This document shows, piece by piece, positions 1 to 11,587 of a stretch of DNA of 64,000 bases (the stretch's first letter is position 1; the number at the start of each line of letters is the position of its first letter). Below the pieces are notes generated by a model that ran no database searches, was not told the origin of the DNA, and saw nothing but the letters and a program-made list of their open reading frames with translations. The stretch lies in NCBI RefSeq assembly GCF_009914755.1, contig NC_060937.1, one strand, 5' to 3'. The translations under genes and the position numbers were made by a program. The stretch is from the human T2T-CHM13v2.0 reference genome, Homo sapiens.

Positions 1-138
1 TCGAAATGTCCACTTCCACAAACTACAAAAAGAGTGTTTCAAACCTGCTCTATGAAAGGCCATGTTCATCTCTATGAGTCGAATGGAAATATCCGAAAGA
101 AATTTCTGGGAATGCTGCTGTCTAGTTTTTATACGAAT

Positions 139-155
139 TCCCGCTTCCAACGAAA
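139..155 (-). promoter_or_regulatory. CENP-B box (representative; about 164 intact copies in the window)
   Basis: + strand tcccgcttccaacgaaa = minus strand TTTCGTTGGAAGCGGGA, matching YTTCGTTGGAARCGGGA. Count derived from 3 per 7-mer, 5 per 11-mer and 7 per 15-mer, minus 2 mutated copies. Confidence 0.95.
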
Positions 156-479
156 TCCTCAAAGCAATCCAAATATCCACTTGCAGAATCCACAAAAAGA
201 GTGTTTCAAAACTGCTCTATCAATAGAAAGGTTCAACTCTTTTAGTTGAGTACACACATCACAAACAAGTTTCTGAGAATGCTTCTGTCTGGCTTTTATT
301 GGAAGACGTTTCCTTTTCACCAAAGGCATCAAAGCGCTCCAAATGTCCACTTCCAGATTCTTCCAAAAGAGTGTTTGAAACGTGCTCAAAGTAAGGGAAT
401 GTTCAACTCTGTGACTTGAATGCAGATATCACCAAGTAGTTTCTAATAGTGCTTCTGTCTAGATTTTAGATGATGATAT

Positions 480-496
480 TCCCGTTTCCAACGAAA
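480..496 (-). promoter_or_regulatory. CENP-B box
   Basis: tcccgtttccaacgaaa = minus strand TTTCGTTGGAAACGGGA. Confidence 0.95.
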
Positions 497-650
497 TCGT
501 TAGAGCTATCCAAATATCCACTTACAGTTGCTACAAAAACAGTGTTTCCAAACTGCTGCATCAAAAGAAAGGTTCAACTCTGTTAGTTGAGGACACACAT
601 CACAAAGAAGTTTGTGAGAATGCTTCTGTCTAGATTTTGTATGACCATAT

Positions 651-667
651 TCCCTTTTCCAGCGATA
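651..667 (-). other. Degenerate (predicted non-binding) CENP-B box position, once per HOR
   Basis: tcccttttccagcgata (long units) or tcccttttccaacgata (7-mers), 171 bp after the intact box at 480; lacks both the CGGG and TTCG cores. Confidence 0.85.
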
Positions 668-1328
668 TCATTAAAGCAATCTAAATATCCATTTGCAGAA
701 TCCACAAAAATAGAGTTTCAAAGCTGCTCTGTAAAAAGAAAGGTTCCACTCTGTTAGCTGAGTACACACATCACAAACTTGTTTCTCAGAATCCTTCTGT
801 CTCGTTTTTATGGGAAGATATTTACTTTTTCACCGTAGGCATCAAAGCGCTCCAAATGTCCACATCCAGATACTCCAGAAAGAGTGTTTCAAACCTGCTC
901 TATGAAAGGGAATCTTCAACTCTATGAGTTGAATGCAGACATCAGAAAGAAATTTCTGAGAATGCTGCTGTCTACCTTTTATTTGAACTCCTGCTTCCAA
1001 CGAAATCCTCCAAGCTATCCAAATATCCACTTGCATTTTCCACAAAAAGAGTGCTTCAAAACTGCTCTATCAATAAATGTTCAACTCCTTTAGCTGGGTG
1101 CACACATCACAAACAAGTTTCTGAGAATGCTTCTGTCTAGTTTTTATGGGAAGACATTCCCTTTTTCACCAAAGGCATCAAAGCGCTCCAAATGTCCACT
1201 TCCAGACACTACAAAAAGAGTGTTTCCAACGTGCTCTAAGAAAGCGAATGTTCAACTCTGTGACTTGAATGCAGATATCACAAAGTAGTTTCTGAGAGGG
1301 CTTCTGTCTAGATTTTAGATGATGATAT

Positions 1329-1345
1329 TCCCGTTTCCAACGAAA
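1329..1345 (-). promoter_or_regulatory. CENP-B box within the 4-mer cassette
   Basis: tcccgtttccaacgaaa. Confidence 0.93.
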
Positions 1346-1666
1346 TCATTAGAGCTATCCAAATATCCACTTACGGTTTCTACAAAAAGAGTGTTTCCAA
1401 ACTGCTGCATCAAAAGAGAGGTTCCACTCTGTTAGCTGAGTACACACATCACAAACTTGTTTCTGAGAATCCTTCTGTGTCGTTTTTATGGGAAGATATT
1501 TACTTTTTCACCGTAGGCATCAAAGCGCTCCAAATGTCCACATCCAGATACTCCAGAAAGAGTGTTTCAAACCTGCTCTATGAAAGGGAATCTTCAACTC
1601 TATGAGTTGAATGCAGACATCAGAAAGAAATTTCTGAGAATGCTGCTGTCTACCTTTTATTTGAAT

Positions 1667-1683
1667 TCCCGCTTCCAACGAAA
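1667..1683 (-). promoter_or_regulatory. CENP-B box
   Basis: tcccgcttccaacgaaa, overlapping the EcoRI site at 1663-1668. Confidence 0.95.
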
Positions 1684-1838
1684 TCCTCCAAGCTATCCAA
1701 ATATCCACTTGCAGATTCCACAAAAAGAGTGTTTCAAAACTGCTCTCTATCAATGGCAAAGTTCAACTCTGTTAGTTGAGGACACATATCACCAACAAGT
1801 TTCTGAGAATGCTTCTGTCTATTTTTTATGGGAAGATA

Positions 1839-1857
1839 TTTCCTTTTTCACCGTAGG
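1839..1857 (-). other. pJ-alpha (A-box) motif of an A-type monomer (representative)
   Basis: tttcctttttcaccgtagg (minus strand CCTACGGTGAAAAAGGAAA) occupies the position homologous to the CENP-B box in alternate monomers. Confidence 0.8.
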
Positions 1858-1901
1858 CGTCAAGGCGATCGAAATGTCCACTTCCACAAACTACAAAAAG
1901 A

Positions 1902-4281
1902 GTGTTTCAAACCTGCTCTATGAAAGGCCATGTTCATCTCTATGAGTCGAATGGAAATATCCGAAAGAAATTTCTGGGAATGCTGCTGTCTAGTTTTTAT
2001 ACGAATTCCCGCTTCCAACGAAATCCTCAAAGCAATCCAAATATCCACTTGCAGAATCCACAAAAAGAGTGTTTCAAAACTGCTCTATCAATAGAAAGGT
2101 TCAACTCTTTTAGTTGAGTACACACATCACAAACAAGTTTCTGAGAATGCTTCTGTCTGGCTTTTATTGGAAGACGTTTCCTTTTCACCAAAGGCATCAA
2201 AGCGCTCCAAATGTCCACTTCCAGATTCTTCCAAAAGAGTGTTTGAAACGTGCTCAAAGTAAGGGAATGTTCAACTCTGTGACTTGAATGCAGATATCAC
2301 CAAGTAGTTTCTAATAGTGCTTCTGTCTAGATTTTAGATGATGATATTCCCGTTTCCAACGAAATCGTTAGAGCTATCCAAATATCCACTTACAGTTGCT
2401 ACAAAAACAGTGTTTCCAAACTGCTGCATCAAAAGAAAGGTTCAACTCTGTTAGTTGAGGACACACGTCACAAAGAAGTTTGTGAGAATGCTTCTGTCTA
2501 GATTTTGTATGACGATATTCCCTTTTCCAACGATATCATTAAAGCAATCTAAATATCCATTTGCAGAATCCACAAAAATAGAGTTTCAAAGCTGCTCTGT
2601 AAAAAGAAAGGTTCCACTCTGTTAGCTGAGTACACACATCACAAACTTGTTTCTCAGAATCCTTCTGTCTCGTTTTTCTGGGAAGATATTTACTTTTTCA
2701 CCGTAGGCATCAAAGCGCTCCAAATGTCCACATCCAGATACTCCAGAAAGAGTGTTTCAAACCTGCTCTATGAAAGGGAATCTTCAACTCTATGAGTTGA
2801 ATGCAGACATCAGAAAGAAATTTCTGAGAATGCTGCTGTCTACCTTTTATTTGAATTCCCGCTTCCAACGAAATCCTCCAAGCTATCCAAATATCCACTT
2901 GCAGATTCCACAAAAAGAGTGTTTCAAAACTGCTCTCTATCAATGGCAAAGTTCAACTCTGTTAGTTGAGGACACATATCACCAACAAGTTTCTGAGAAT
3001 GCTTCTGTCTATTTTTTATGGGAAGATATTTCCTTTTTCACCGTAGGCGTCAAGGCGATCGAAATGTCCACTTCCACAAACTACAAAAAGAGTGTTTCAA
3101 ACCTGCTCTATGAAAGGCCATGTTCATCTCTATGAGTCGAATGGAAATATCCGAAAGAAATTTCTGGGAATGCTGCTGTCTAGTTTTTATACGAATTCCC
3201 GCTTCCAACGAAATCCTCAAAGCAATCCAAATATCCACTTGCAGAATCCACAAAAAGAGTGTTTCAAAACTGCTCTATCAATAGAAAGGTTCAACTCTTT
3301 TAGTTGAGTACACACATCACAAACAAGTTTCTGAGAATGCTTCTGTCTGGCTTTTTTTGGAAGACGTTTCCTTTTCACCAAAGGCATCAAAGCGCTCCAA
3401 ATGTCCACTTCCAGATTCTTCCAAAAGAGTGTTTGAAACGTGCTCAAAGTAAGGGAATGTTCAACTCTGTGACTTGAATGCAGATATCACCAAGTAGTTT
3501 CTAATAGTGCTTCTGTCTAGATTTTAGATGATGATATTCCCGTTTCCAACGAAATCGTTAGAGCTATCCAAATATCCACTTACAGTTGCTACAAAAACAG
3601 TGTTTCCAAACTGCTGCATCAAAAGAAAGGTTCAACTCTGTTAGTTGAGGACACACATCACAAAGAAGTTTGTGAGAATGCTTCTGTCTAGATTTTGTAT
3701 GACGATATTCCCTTTTCCAACGATATCGTTAAAGCAATCTAAATATCCATTTGCAGAATCCACAAAAATAGAGTTTCAAAGCTGCTCTGTAAAAAGAAAG
3801 GTTCCACTCTGTTAGCTGAGTACACACATCACAAACTTGTTTCTCAGAATCCTTCTGTCTCGTTTTTCTGGGAAGATATTTACTTTTTCACCGTAGGCAT
3901 CAAAGCGCTCCAAATGTCCACATCCAGATACTCCAGAAAGAGTGTTTCAAACCTGCTCTATGAAAGGGAATCTTCAACTCTATGAGTTGAATGCAGACAT
4001 CAGAAAGAAATTTCTGAGAATGCTGCTGTCTACCTTTTATTTGAATTCCCGCTTCCAACGAAATCCTCCAAGCTATCCAAATATCCACTTGCAGATTCCA
4101 CAAAAAGAGTGTTTCAAAACTGCTCTCTATCAATGGCAAAGTTCAACTCTGTTAGTTGAGGACACATATCACCAACAAGTTTCTGAGAATGCTTCTGTCT
4201 ATTTTTTATGGGAAGATATTTCCTTTTTCACCGTAGGCGTCAAGGCGATCGAAATGTCCACTTCCACAAACTACAAAAAGA
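1902..4281 (-). repeat. Two 7-mer HORs (1190 bp each); representative of the 29 7-mers
   Basis: Anchors 1902, 3092, 4282; 4-mer cassette absent; EcoRI 2003->2853->3193 gives 850+340 bp. Confidence 0.95.
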
Positions 4282-6149
4282 GTGTTTCAAACCTGCTCTA
4301 TGAAAGGCCATGTTCATCTCTATGAGTCGAATGGAAATATCCGAAAGAAATTTCTGGGAATGCTGCTGTCTAGTTTTTATACGAATTCCCGCTTCCAACG
4401 AAATCCTCAAAGCAATCCAAATATCCACTTGCAGAATCCACAAAAAGAGTGTTTCAAAACTGCTCTATCAATAGAAAGGTTCAACTCTTTTAGTTGAGTA
4501 CACACATCACAAACAAGTTTCTGAGAATGCTTCTGTCTGGCTTTTATTGGAAGACGTTTCCTTTTCACCAAAGGCATCAAAGCGCTCCAAATGTCCACTT
4601 CCAGATTCTTCCAAAAGAGTGTTTGAAACGTGCTCAAAGTAAGGGAATGTTCAACTCTGTGACTTGAATGCAGATATCACCAAGTAGTTTCTAATAGTGC
4701 TTCTGTCTAGATTTTAGATGATGATATTCCCGTTTCCAACGAAATCGTTAGAGCTATCCAAATATCCACTTACAGTTGCTACAAAAACAGTGTTTCCAAA
4801 CTGCTGCATCAAAAGAAAGGTTCAACTCTGTTAGTTGAGGACACACATCACAAAGAAGTTTGTGAGAATGCTTCTGTCTAGATTTTGTATGACCATATTC
4901 CCTTTTCCAGCGATATCATTAAAGCAATCTAAATATCCATTTGCAGAATCCACAAAAATAGAGTTTCAAAGCTGCTCTGTAAAAAGAAAGGTTCCACTCT
5001 GTTAGCTGAGTACACACATCACAAACTTGTTTCTCAGAATCCTTCTGTCTCGTTTTTATGGGAAGATATTTACTTTTTCACCGTAGGCATCAAAGCGCTC
5101 CAAATGTCCACATCCAGATACTCCAGAAAGAGTGTTTCAAACCTGCTCTATGAAAGGGAATCTTCAACTCTATGAGTTGAATGCAGACATCAGAAAGAAA
5201 TTTCTGAGAATGCTGCTGTCTACCTTTTATTTGAACTCCTGCTTCCAACGAAATCCTCCAAGCTATCCAAATATCCACTTGCATTTTCCACAAAAAGAGT
5301 GCTTCAAAACTGCTCTATCAATAAATGTTCAACTCCTTTAGCTGGGTGCACACATCACAAACAAGTTTCTGAGAATGCTTCTGTCTAGTTTTTATGGGAA
5401 GACATTCCCTTTTTCACCAAAGGCATCAAAGCGCTCCAAATGTCCACTTCCAGACACTACAAAAAGAGTGTTTCCAACGTGCTCTAAGAAAGCGAATGTT
5501 CAACTCTGTGACTTGAATGCAGATATCACAAAGTAGTTTCTGAGAGGGCTTCTGTCTAGATTTTAGATGATGATATTCCCGTTTCCAACGAAATCATTAG
5601 AGCTATCCAAATATCCACTTACGGTTTCTACAAAAAGAGTGTTTCCAAACTGCTGCATCAAAAGAGAGGTTCCACTCTGTTAGCTGAGTACACACATCAC
5701 AAACTTGTTTCTGAGAATCCTTCTGTGTCGTTTTTATGGGAAGATATTTACTTTTTCACCGTAGGCATCAAAGCGCTCCAAATGTCCACATCCAGATACT
5801 CCAGAAAGAGTGTTTCAAACCTGCTCTATGAAAGGGAATCTTCAACTCTATGAGTTGAATGCAGACATCAGAAAGAAATTTCTGAGAATGCTGCTGTCTA
5901 CCTTTTATTTGAATTCCCGCTTCCAACGAAATCCTCCAAGCTATCCAAATATCCACTTGCAGATTCCACAAAAAGAGTGTTTCAAAACTGCTCTCTATCA
6001 ATGGCAAAGTTCAACTCTGTTAGTTGAGGACACATATCACCAACAAGTTTCTGAGAATGCTTCTGTCTATTTTTTATGGGAAGATATTTCCTTTTTCACC
6101 GTAGGCGTCAAGGCGATCGAAATGTCCACTTCCACAAACTACAAAAAGA
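4282..6149 (-). repeat. 11-mer HOR (1868 bp), A-del cassette, CENP-B box mutated at 5240
   Basis: Anchor spacing; same diagnostic variants as 34-1901. Confidence 0.93.
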
Positions 6150-8529
6150 GTGTTTCAAACCTGCTCTATGAAAGGCCATGTTCATCTCTATGAGTCGAAT
6201 GGAAATATCCGAAAGAAATTTCTGGGAATGCTGCTGTCTAGTTTTTATACGAATTCCCGCTTCCAACGAAATCCTCAAAGCAATCCAAATATCCACTTGC
6301 AGAATCCACAAAAAGAGTGTTTCAAAACTGCTCTATCAATAGAAAGGTTCAACTCTTTTAGTTGAGTACACACATCACAAACAAGTTTCTGAGAATGCTT
6401 CTGTCTGGCTTTTTTTGGAAGACGTTTCCTTTTCACCAAAGGCATCAAAGCGCTCCAAATGTCCACTTCCAGATTCTTCCAAAAGAGTGTTTGAAACGTG
6501 CTCAAAGTAAGGGAATGTTCAACTCTGTGACTTGAATGCAGATATCACCAAGTAGTTTCTAATAGTGCTTCTGTCTAGATTTTAGATGATGATATTCCCG
6601 TTTCCAACGAAATCGTTAGAGCTATCCAAATATCCACTTACAGTTGCTACAAAAACAGTGTTTCCAAACTGCTGCATCAAAAGAAAGGTTCAACTCTGTT
6701 AGTTGAGGACACACATCACAAAGAAGTTTGTGAGAATGCTTCTGTCTAGATTTTGTATGACGATATTCCCTTTTCCAACGATATCGTTAAAGCAATCTAA
6801 ATATCCATTTGCAGAATCCACAAAAATAGAGTTTCAAAGCTGCTCTGTAAAAAGAAAGGTTCCACTCTGTTAGCTGAGTACACACATCACAAACTTGTTT
6901 CTCAGAATCCTTCTGTCTCGTTTTTCTGGGAAGATATTTACTTTTTCACCGTAGGCATCAAAGCGCTCCAAATGTCCACATCCAGATACTCCAGAAAGAG
7001 TGTTTCAAACCTGCTCTATGAAAGGGAATCTTCAACTCTATGAGTTGAATGCAGACATCAGAAAGAAATTTCTGAGAATGCTGCTGTCTACCTTTTATTT
7101 GAATTCCCGCTTCCAACGAAATCCTCCAAGCTATCCAAATATCCACTTGCAGATTCCACAAAAAGAGTGTTTCAAAACTGCTCTCTATCAATGGCAAAGT
7201 TCAACTCTGTTAGTTGAGGACACATATCACCAACAAGTTTCTGAGAATGCTTCTGTCTATTTTTTATGGGAAGATATTTCCTTTTTCACCGTAGGCGTCA
7301 AGGCGATCGAAATGTCCACTTCCACAAACTACAAAAAGAGTGTTTCAAACCTGCTCTATGAAAGGCCATGTTCATCTCTATGAGTCGAATGGAAATATCC
7401 GAAAGAAATTTCTGGGAATGCTGCTGTCTAGTTTTTATACGAATTCCCGCTTCCAACGAAATCCTCAAAGCAATCCTAATATCCACTTGCAGAATCCACA
7501 AAAAGAGTGTTTCAAAACTGCTCTATCAATAGAAAGGTTCAACTCTTTTAGTTGAGTACACACATCACAAACAAGTTTCTGAGAATGCTTCTGTCTGGCT
7601 TTTATTGGAAGACGTTTCCTTTTCACCAAAGGCATCAAAGCGCTCCAAATGTCCACTTCCAGATTCTTCCAAAAGAGTGTTTGAAACGTGCTCAAAGTAA
7701 GGGAATGTTCAACTCTGTGACTTGAATGCAGATATCACCAAGTAGTTTCTAATAGTGCTTCTGTCTAGATTTTAGATGATGATATTCCCGTTTCCAACGA
7801 AATCGTTAGAGCTATCCAAATATCCACTTACAGTTGCTACAAAAACAGTGTTTCCAAACTGCTGCATCAAAAGAAAGGTTCAACTCTGTTAGTTGAGGAC
7901 ACACATCACAAAGAAGTTTGTGAGAATGCTTCTGTCTAGATTTTGTATGACGATATTCCCTTTTCCAACGATATCGTTAAAGCAATCTAAGTATCCATTT
8001 GCAGAATCCACAAAAATAGAGTTTCAAAGCTGCTCTGTAAAAAGAAAGGTTCCACTCTGTTAGCTGAGTACACACATCACAAACTTGTTTCTCAGAATCC
8101 TTCTGTCTCGTTTTTCTGGGAAGATATTTACTTTTTCACCGTAGGCATCAAAGCGCTCCAAATGTCCACATCCAGATACTCCAGAAAGAGTGTTTCAAAC
8201 CTGCTCTATGAAAGGGAATCTTCAACTCTATGAGTTGAATGCAGACATCAGAAAGAAATTTCTGAGAATGCTGCTGTCTACCTTTTATTTGAATTCCCGC
8301 TTCCAACGAAATCCTCCAAGCTATCCAAATATCCACTTGCAGATTCCACAAAAAGAGTGTTTCAAAACTGCTCTCTATCAATGGCAAAGTTCAACTCTGT
8401 TAGTTGAGGACACATATCACCAACAAGTTTCTGAGAATGCTTCTGTCTATTTTTTATGGGAAGATATTTCCTTTTTCACCGTAGGCGTCAAGGCGATCGA
8501 AATGTCCACTTCCACAAACTACAAAAAGA

Positions 8530-10397
8530 GTGTTTCAAACCTGCTCTATGAAAGGCCATGTTCATCTCTATGAGTCGAATGGAAATATCCGAAAGAAATT
8601 TCTGGGAATGCTGCTGTCTAGTTTTTATACGAATTCCCGCTTCCAACGAAATCCTCAAAGCAATCCAAATATCCACTTGCAGAATCCACAAAAAGAGTGT
8701 TTCAAAACTGCTCTATCAATAGAAAGGTTCAACTCTTTTAGTTGAGTACACACATCACAAACAAGTTTCTGAGAATGCTTCTGTCTGGCTTTTATTGGAA
8801 GACGTTTCCTTTTCACCAAAGGCATCAAAGCGCTCCAAATGTCCACTTCCAGATTCTTCCAAAAGAGTGTTTGAAACGTGCTCAAAGTAAGGGAATGTTC
8901 AACTCTGTGACTTGAATGCAGATATCACCAAGTAGTTTCTAATAGTGCTTCTGTCTAGATTTTAGATGATGATATTCCCGTTTCCAACGAAATCGTTAGA
9001 GCTATCCAAATATCCACTTACAGTTTCTACAAAAAGAGTGTTTCCAAACTGCTGCATCAAAAGAAAGGTTCAACTCTGTTAGTTGAGGACACACATCACA
9101 AAGAAGTTTGTGAGAATGCTTCTGTCTAGATTTTGTATGACCATATTCCCTTTTCCAGCGATATCATTAAAGCAATCTAAATATCCATTTGCAGAATCCA
9201 CAAAAATAGAGTTTCAAAGCTGCTCTGTAAAAAGAAAGGTTCCACTCTGTTAGCTGAGTACACACATCACAAACTTGTTTCTCAGAATCCTTCTGTCTCG
9301 TTTTTCTGGGAAGATATTTACTTTTTCACCATAGGCATCAAAGCGCTCCAAATGTCCACATCCAGATACTCCAGAAAGAGTGTTTCAAACCTGCTCTATG
9401 AAAGGGAATCTTCAACTCTATGAGTTGAATGCAGACATCAGAAAGAAATTTCTGAGAATGCTGCTGTCTACCTTTTATTTGAACTCCCGCTTCCAACGAA
9501 ATCCTCCAAGCTATCCAAATATCCACTTGCATTTTCCACAAAAAGAGTGCTTCAAAACTGCTCTATCAATAAATGTTCAACTCCTTTAGCTGGGTGCACA
9601 CATCACAAACAAGTTTCTGAGAATGCTTCTGTCTAGTTTTTATGGGAAGACATTCCCTTTTTCACCAAAGGCATCAAAGCGCTCCAAATGTCCACTTCCA
9701 GACACTACAAAAAGAGTGTTTCCAACGTGCTCTAAGAAAGCGAATGTTCAACTCTGTGACTTGAATGCAGATATCACAAAGTAGTTTCTGAGAGGGCTTC
9801 TGTCTAGATTTTAGATGATGATATTCCCGTTTCCAACGAAATCATTAGAGCTATCCAAATATCCACTTACGGTTTCTACAAAAAGAGTGTTTCCAAACTG
9901 CTGCATCAAAAGAGAGGTTCCACTCTGTTAGCTGAGTACACACATCACAAACTTGTTTCTGAGAATCCTTCTGTGTCGTTTTTATGGGAAGATATTTACT
10001 TTTTCACCGTAGGCATCAAAGCGCTCCAAATGTCCACATCCAGATACTCCAGAAAGAGTGTTTCAAACCTGCTCTATGAAAGGGAATCTTCAACTCTATG
10101 AGTTGAATGCAGACATCAGAAAGAAATTTCTGAGAATGCTGCTGTCTACCTTTTATTTGAATTCCCGCTTCCAACGAAATCCTCCAAGCTATCCAAATAT
10201 CCACTTGCAGATTCCACAAAAAGAGTGTTTCAAAACTGCTCTCTATCAATGGCAAAGTTCAACTCTGTTAGTTGAGGACACATATCACCAACAAGTTTCT
10301 GAGAATGCTTCTGTCTATTTTTTATGGGAAGATATTTCCTTTTTCACCGTAGGCGTCAAGGCGATCGAAATGTCCACTTCCACAAACTACAAAAAGA
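8530..10397 (-). repeat. 11-mer HOR (1868 bp), A-del cassette
   Basis: Anchor spacing; ataaatg deletion; private G>A at 9331. Confidence 0.93.
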
Positions 10398-11587
10398 GTG
10401 TTTCAAACCTGCTCTATGAAAGGCCATGTTCATCTCTATGAGTCGAATGGAAATATCCGAAAGAAATTTCTGGGAATGCTGCTGTCTAGTTTTTATACGA
10501 ATTCCCGCTTCCAACGAAATCCTCAAAGCAATCCAAATATCCACTTGCAGAATCCACAAAAAGAGTGTTTCAAAACTGCTCTATCAATAGAAAGGTTCAA
10601 CTCTTTTAGTTGAGTACACACATCACAAACAAGTTTCTGAGAATGCTTCTGTCTGGCTTTTATTGGAAGACGTTTCCTTTTCACCAAAGGCATCAAAGCG
10701 CTCCAAATGTCCACTTCCAGATTCTTCCAAAAGAGTGTTTGAAACGTGCTCAAAGTAAGGGAATGTTCAACTCTGTGACTTGAATGCAGATATCACCAAG
10801 TAGTTTCTAATAGTGCTTCTGTCTAGATTTTAGATGATGATATTCCCGTTTCCAACGAAATCGTTAGAGCTATCCAAATATCCACTTACAGTTGCTACAA
10901 AAACAGTGTTTCCAAACTGCTGCATCAAAAGAAAGGTTCAACTCTGTTAGTTGAGGACACACATCACAAAGAAGTTTGTGAGAATGCTTCTGTCTAGATT
11001 TTGTATGACGATATTCCCTTTTCCAACGATATCGTTAAAGCAATCTAAATATCCATTTGCAGAATCCACAAAAATAGAGTTTCAAAGCTGCTCTGTAAAA
11101 AGAAAGGTTCCACTCTGTTAGCTGAGTACACACATCACAAACTTGTTTCTCAGAATCCTTCTGTCTCGTTTTTCTGGGAAGATATTTACTTTTTCACCGT
11201 AGGCATCAAAGCGCTCCAAATGTCCACATCCAGATACTCCAGAAAGAGTGTTTCAAACCTGCTCTATGAAAGGGAATCTTCAACTCTATGAGTTGAATGC
11301 AGACATCAGAAAGAAATTTCTGAGAATGCTGCTGTCTACCTTTTATTTGAATTCCCGCTTCCAACGAAATCCTCCAAGCTATCCAAATATCCACTTGCAG
11401 ATTCCACAAAAAGAGTGTTTCAAAACTGCTCTCTATCAATGGCAAAGTTCAACTCTGTTAGTTGAGGACACATATCACCAACAAGTTTCTGAGAATGCTT
11501 CTGTCTATTTTTTATGGGAAGATATTTCCTTTTTCACCGTAGGCGTCAAGGCGATCGAAATGTCCACTTCCACAAACTACAAAAAGA

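Larger units (their letters stand above)
34..1901 (-). repeat. 11-mer HOR (1868 bp), cassette type A-del, one CENP-B box mutated
   Basis: Anchor spacing 34->1902; 4-mer cassette carries ataaatg (2-bp deletion), gtgcttc and tttagctgggtgc; tcctg at 989-993. Confidence 0.93.

Noticed and set aside
7477-9331. Singleton substitutions at 7477, 7991 and 9331
   Set aside because: Isolated variants consistent with background mutation or sequencing error; useful only as unique markers
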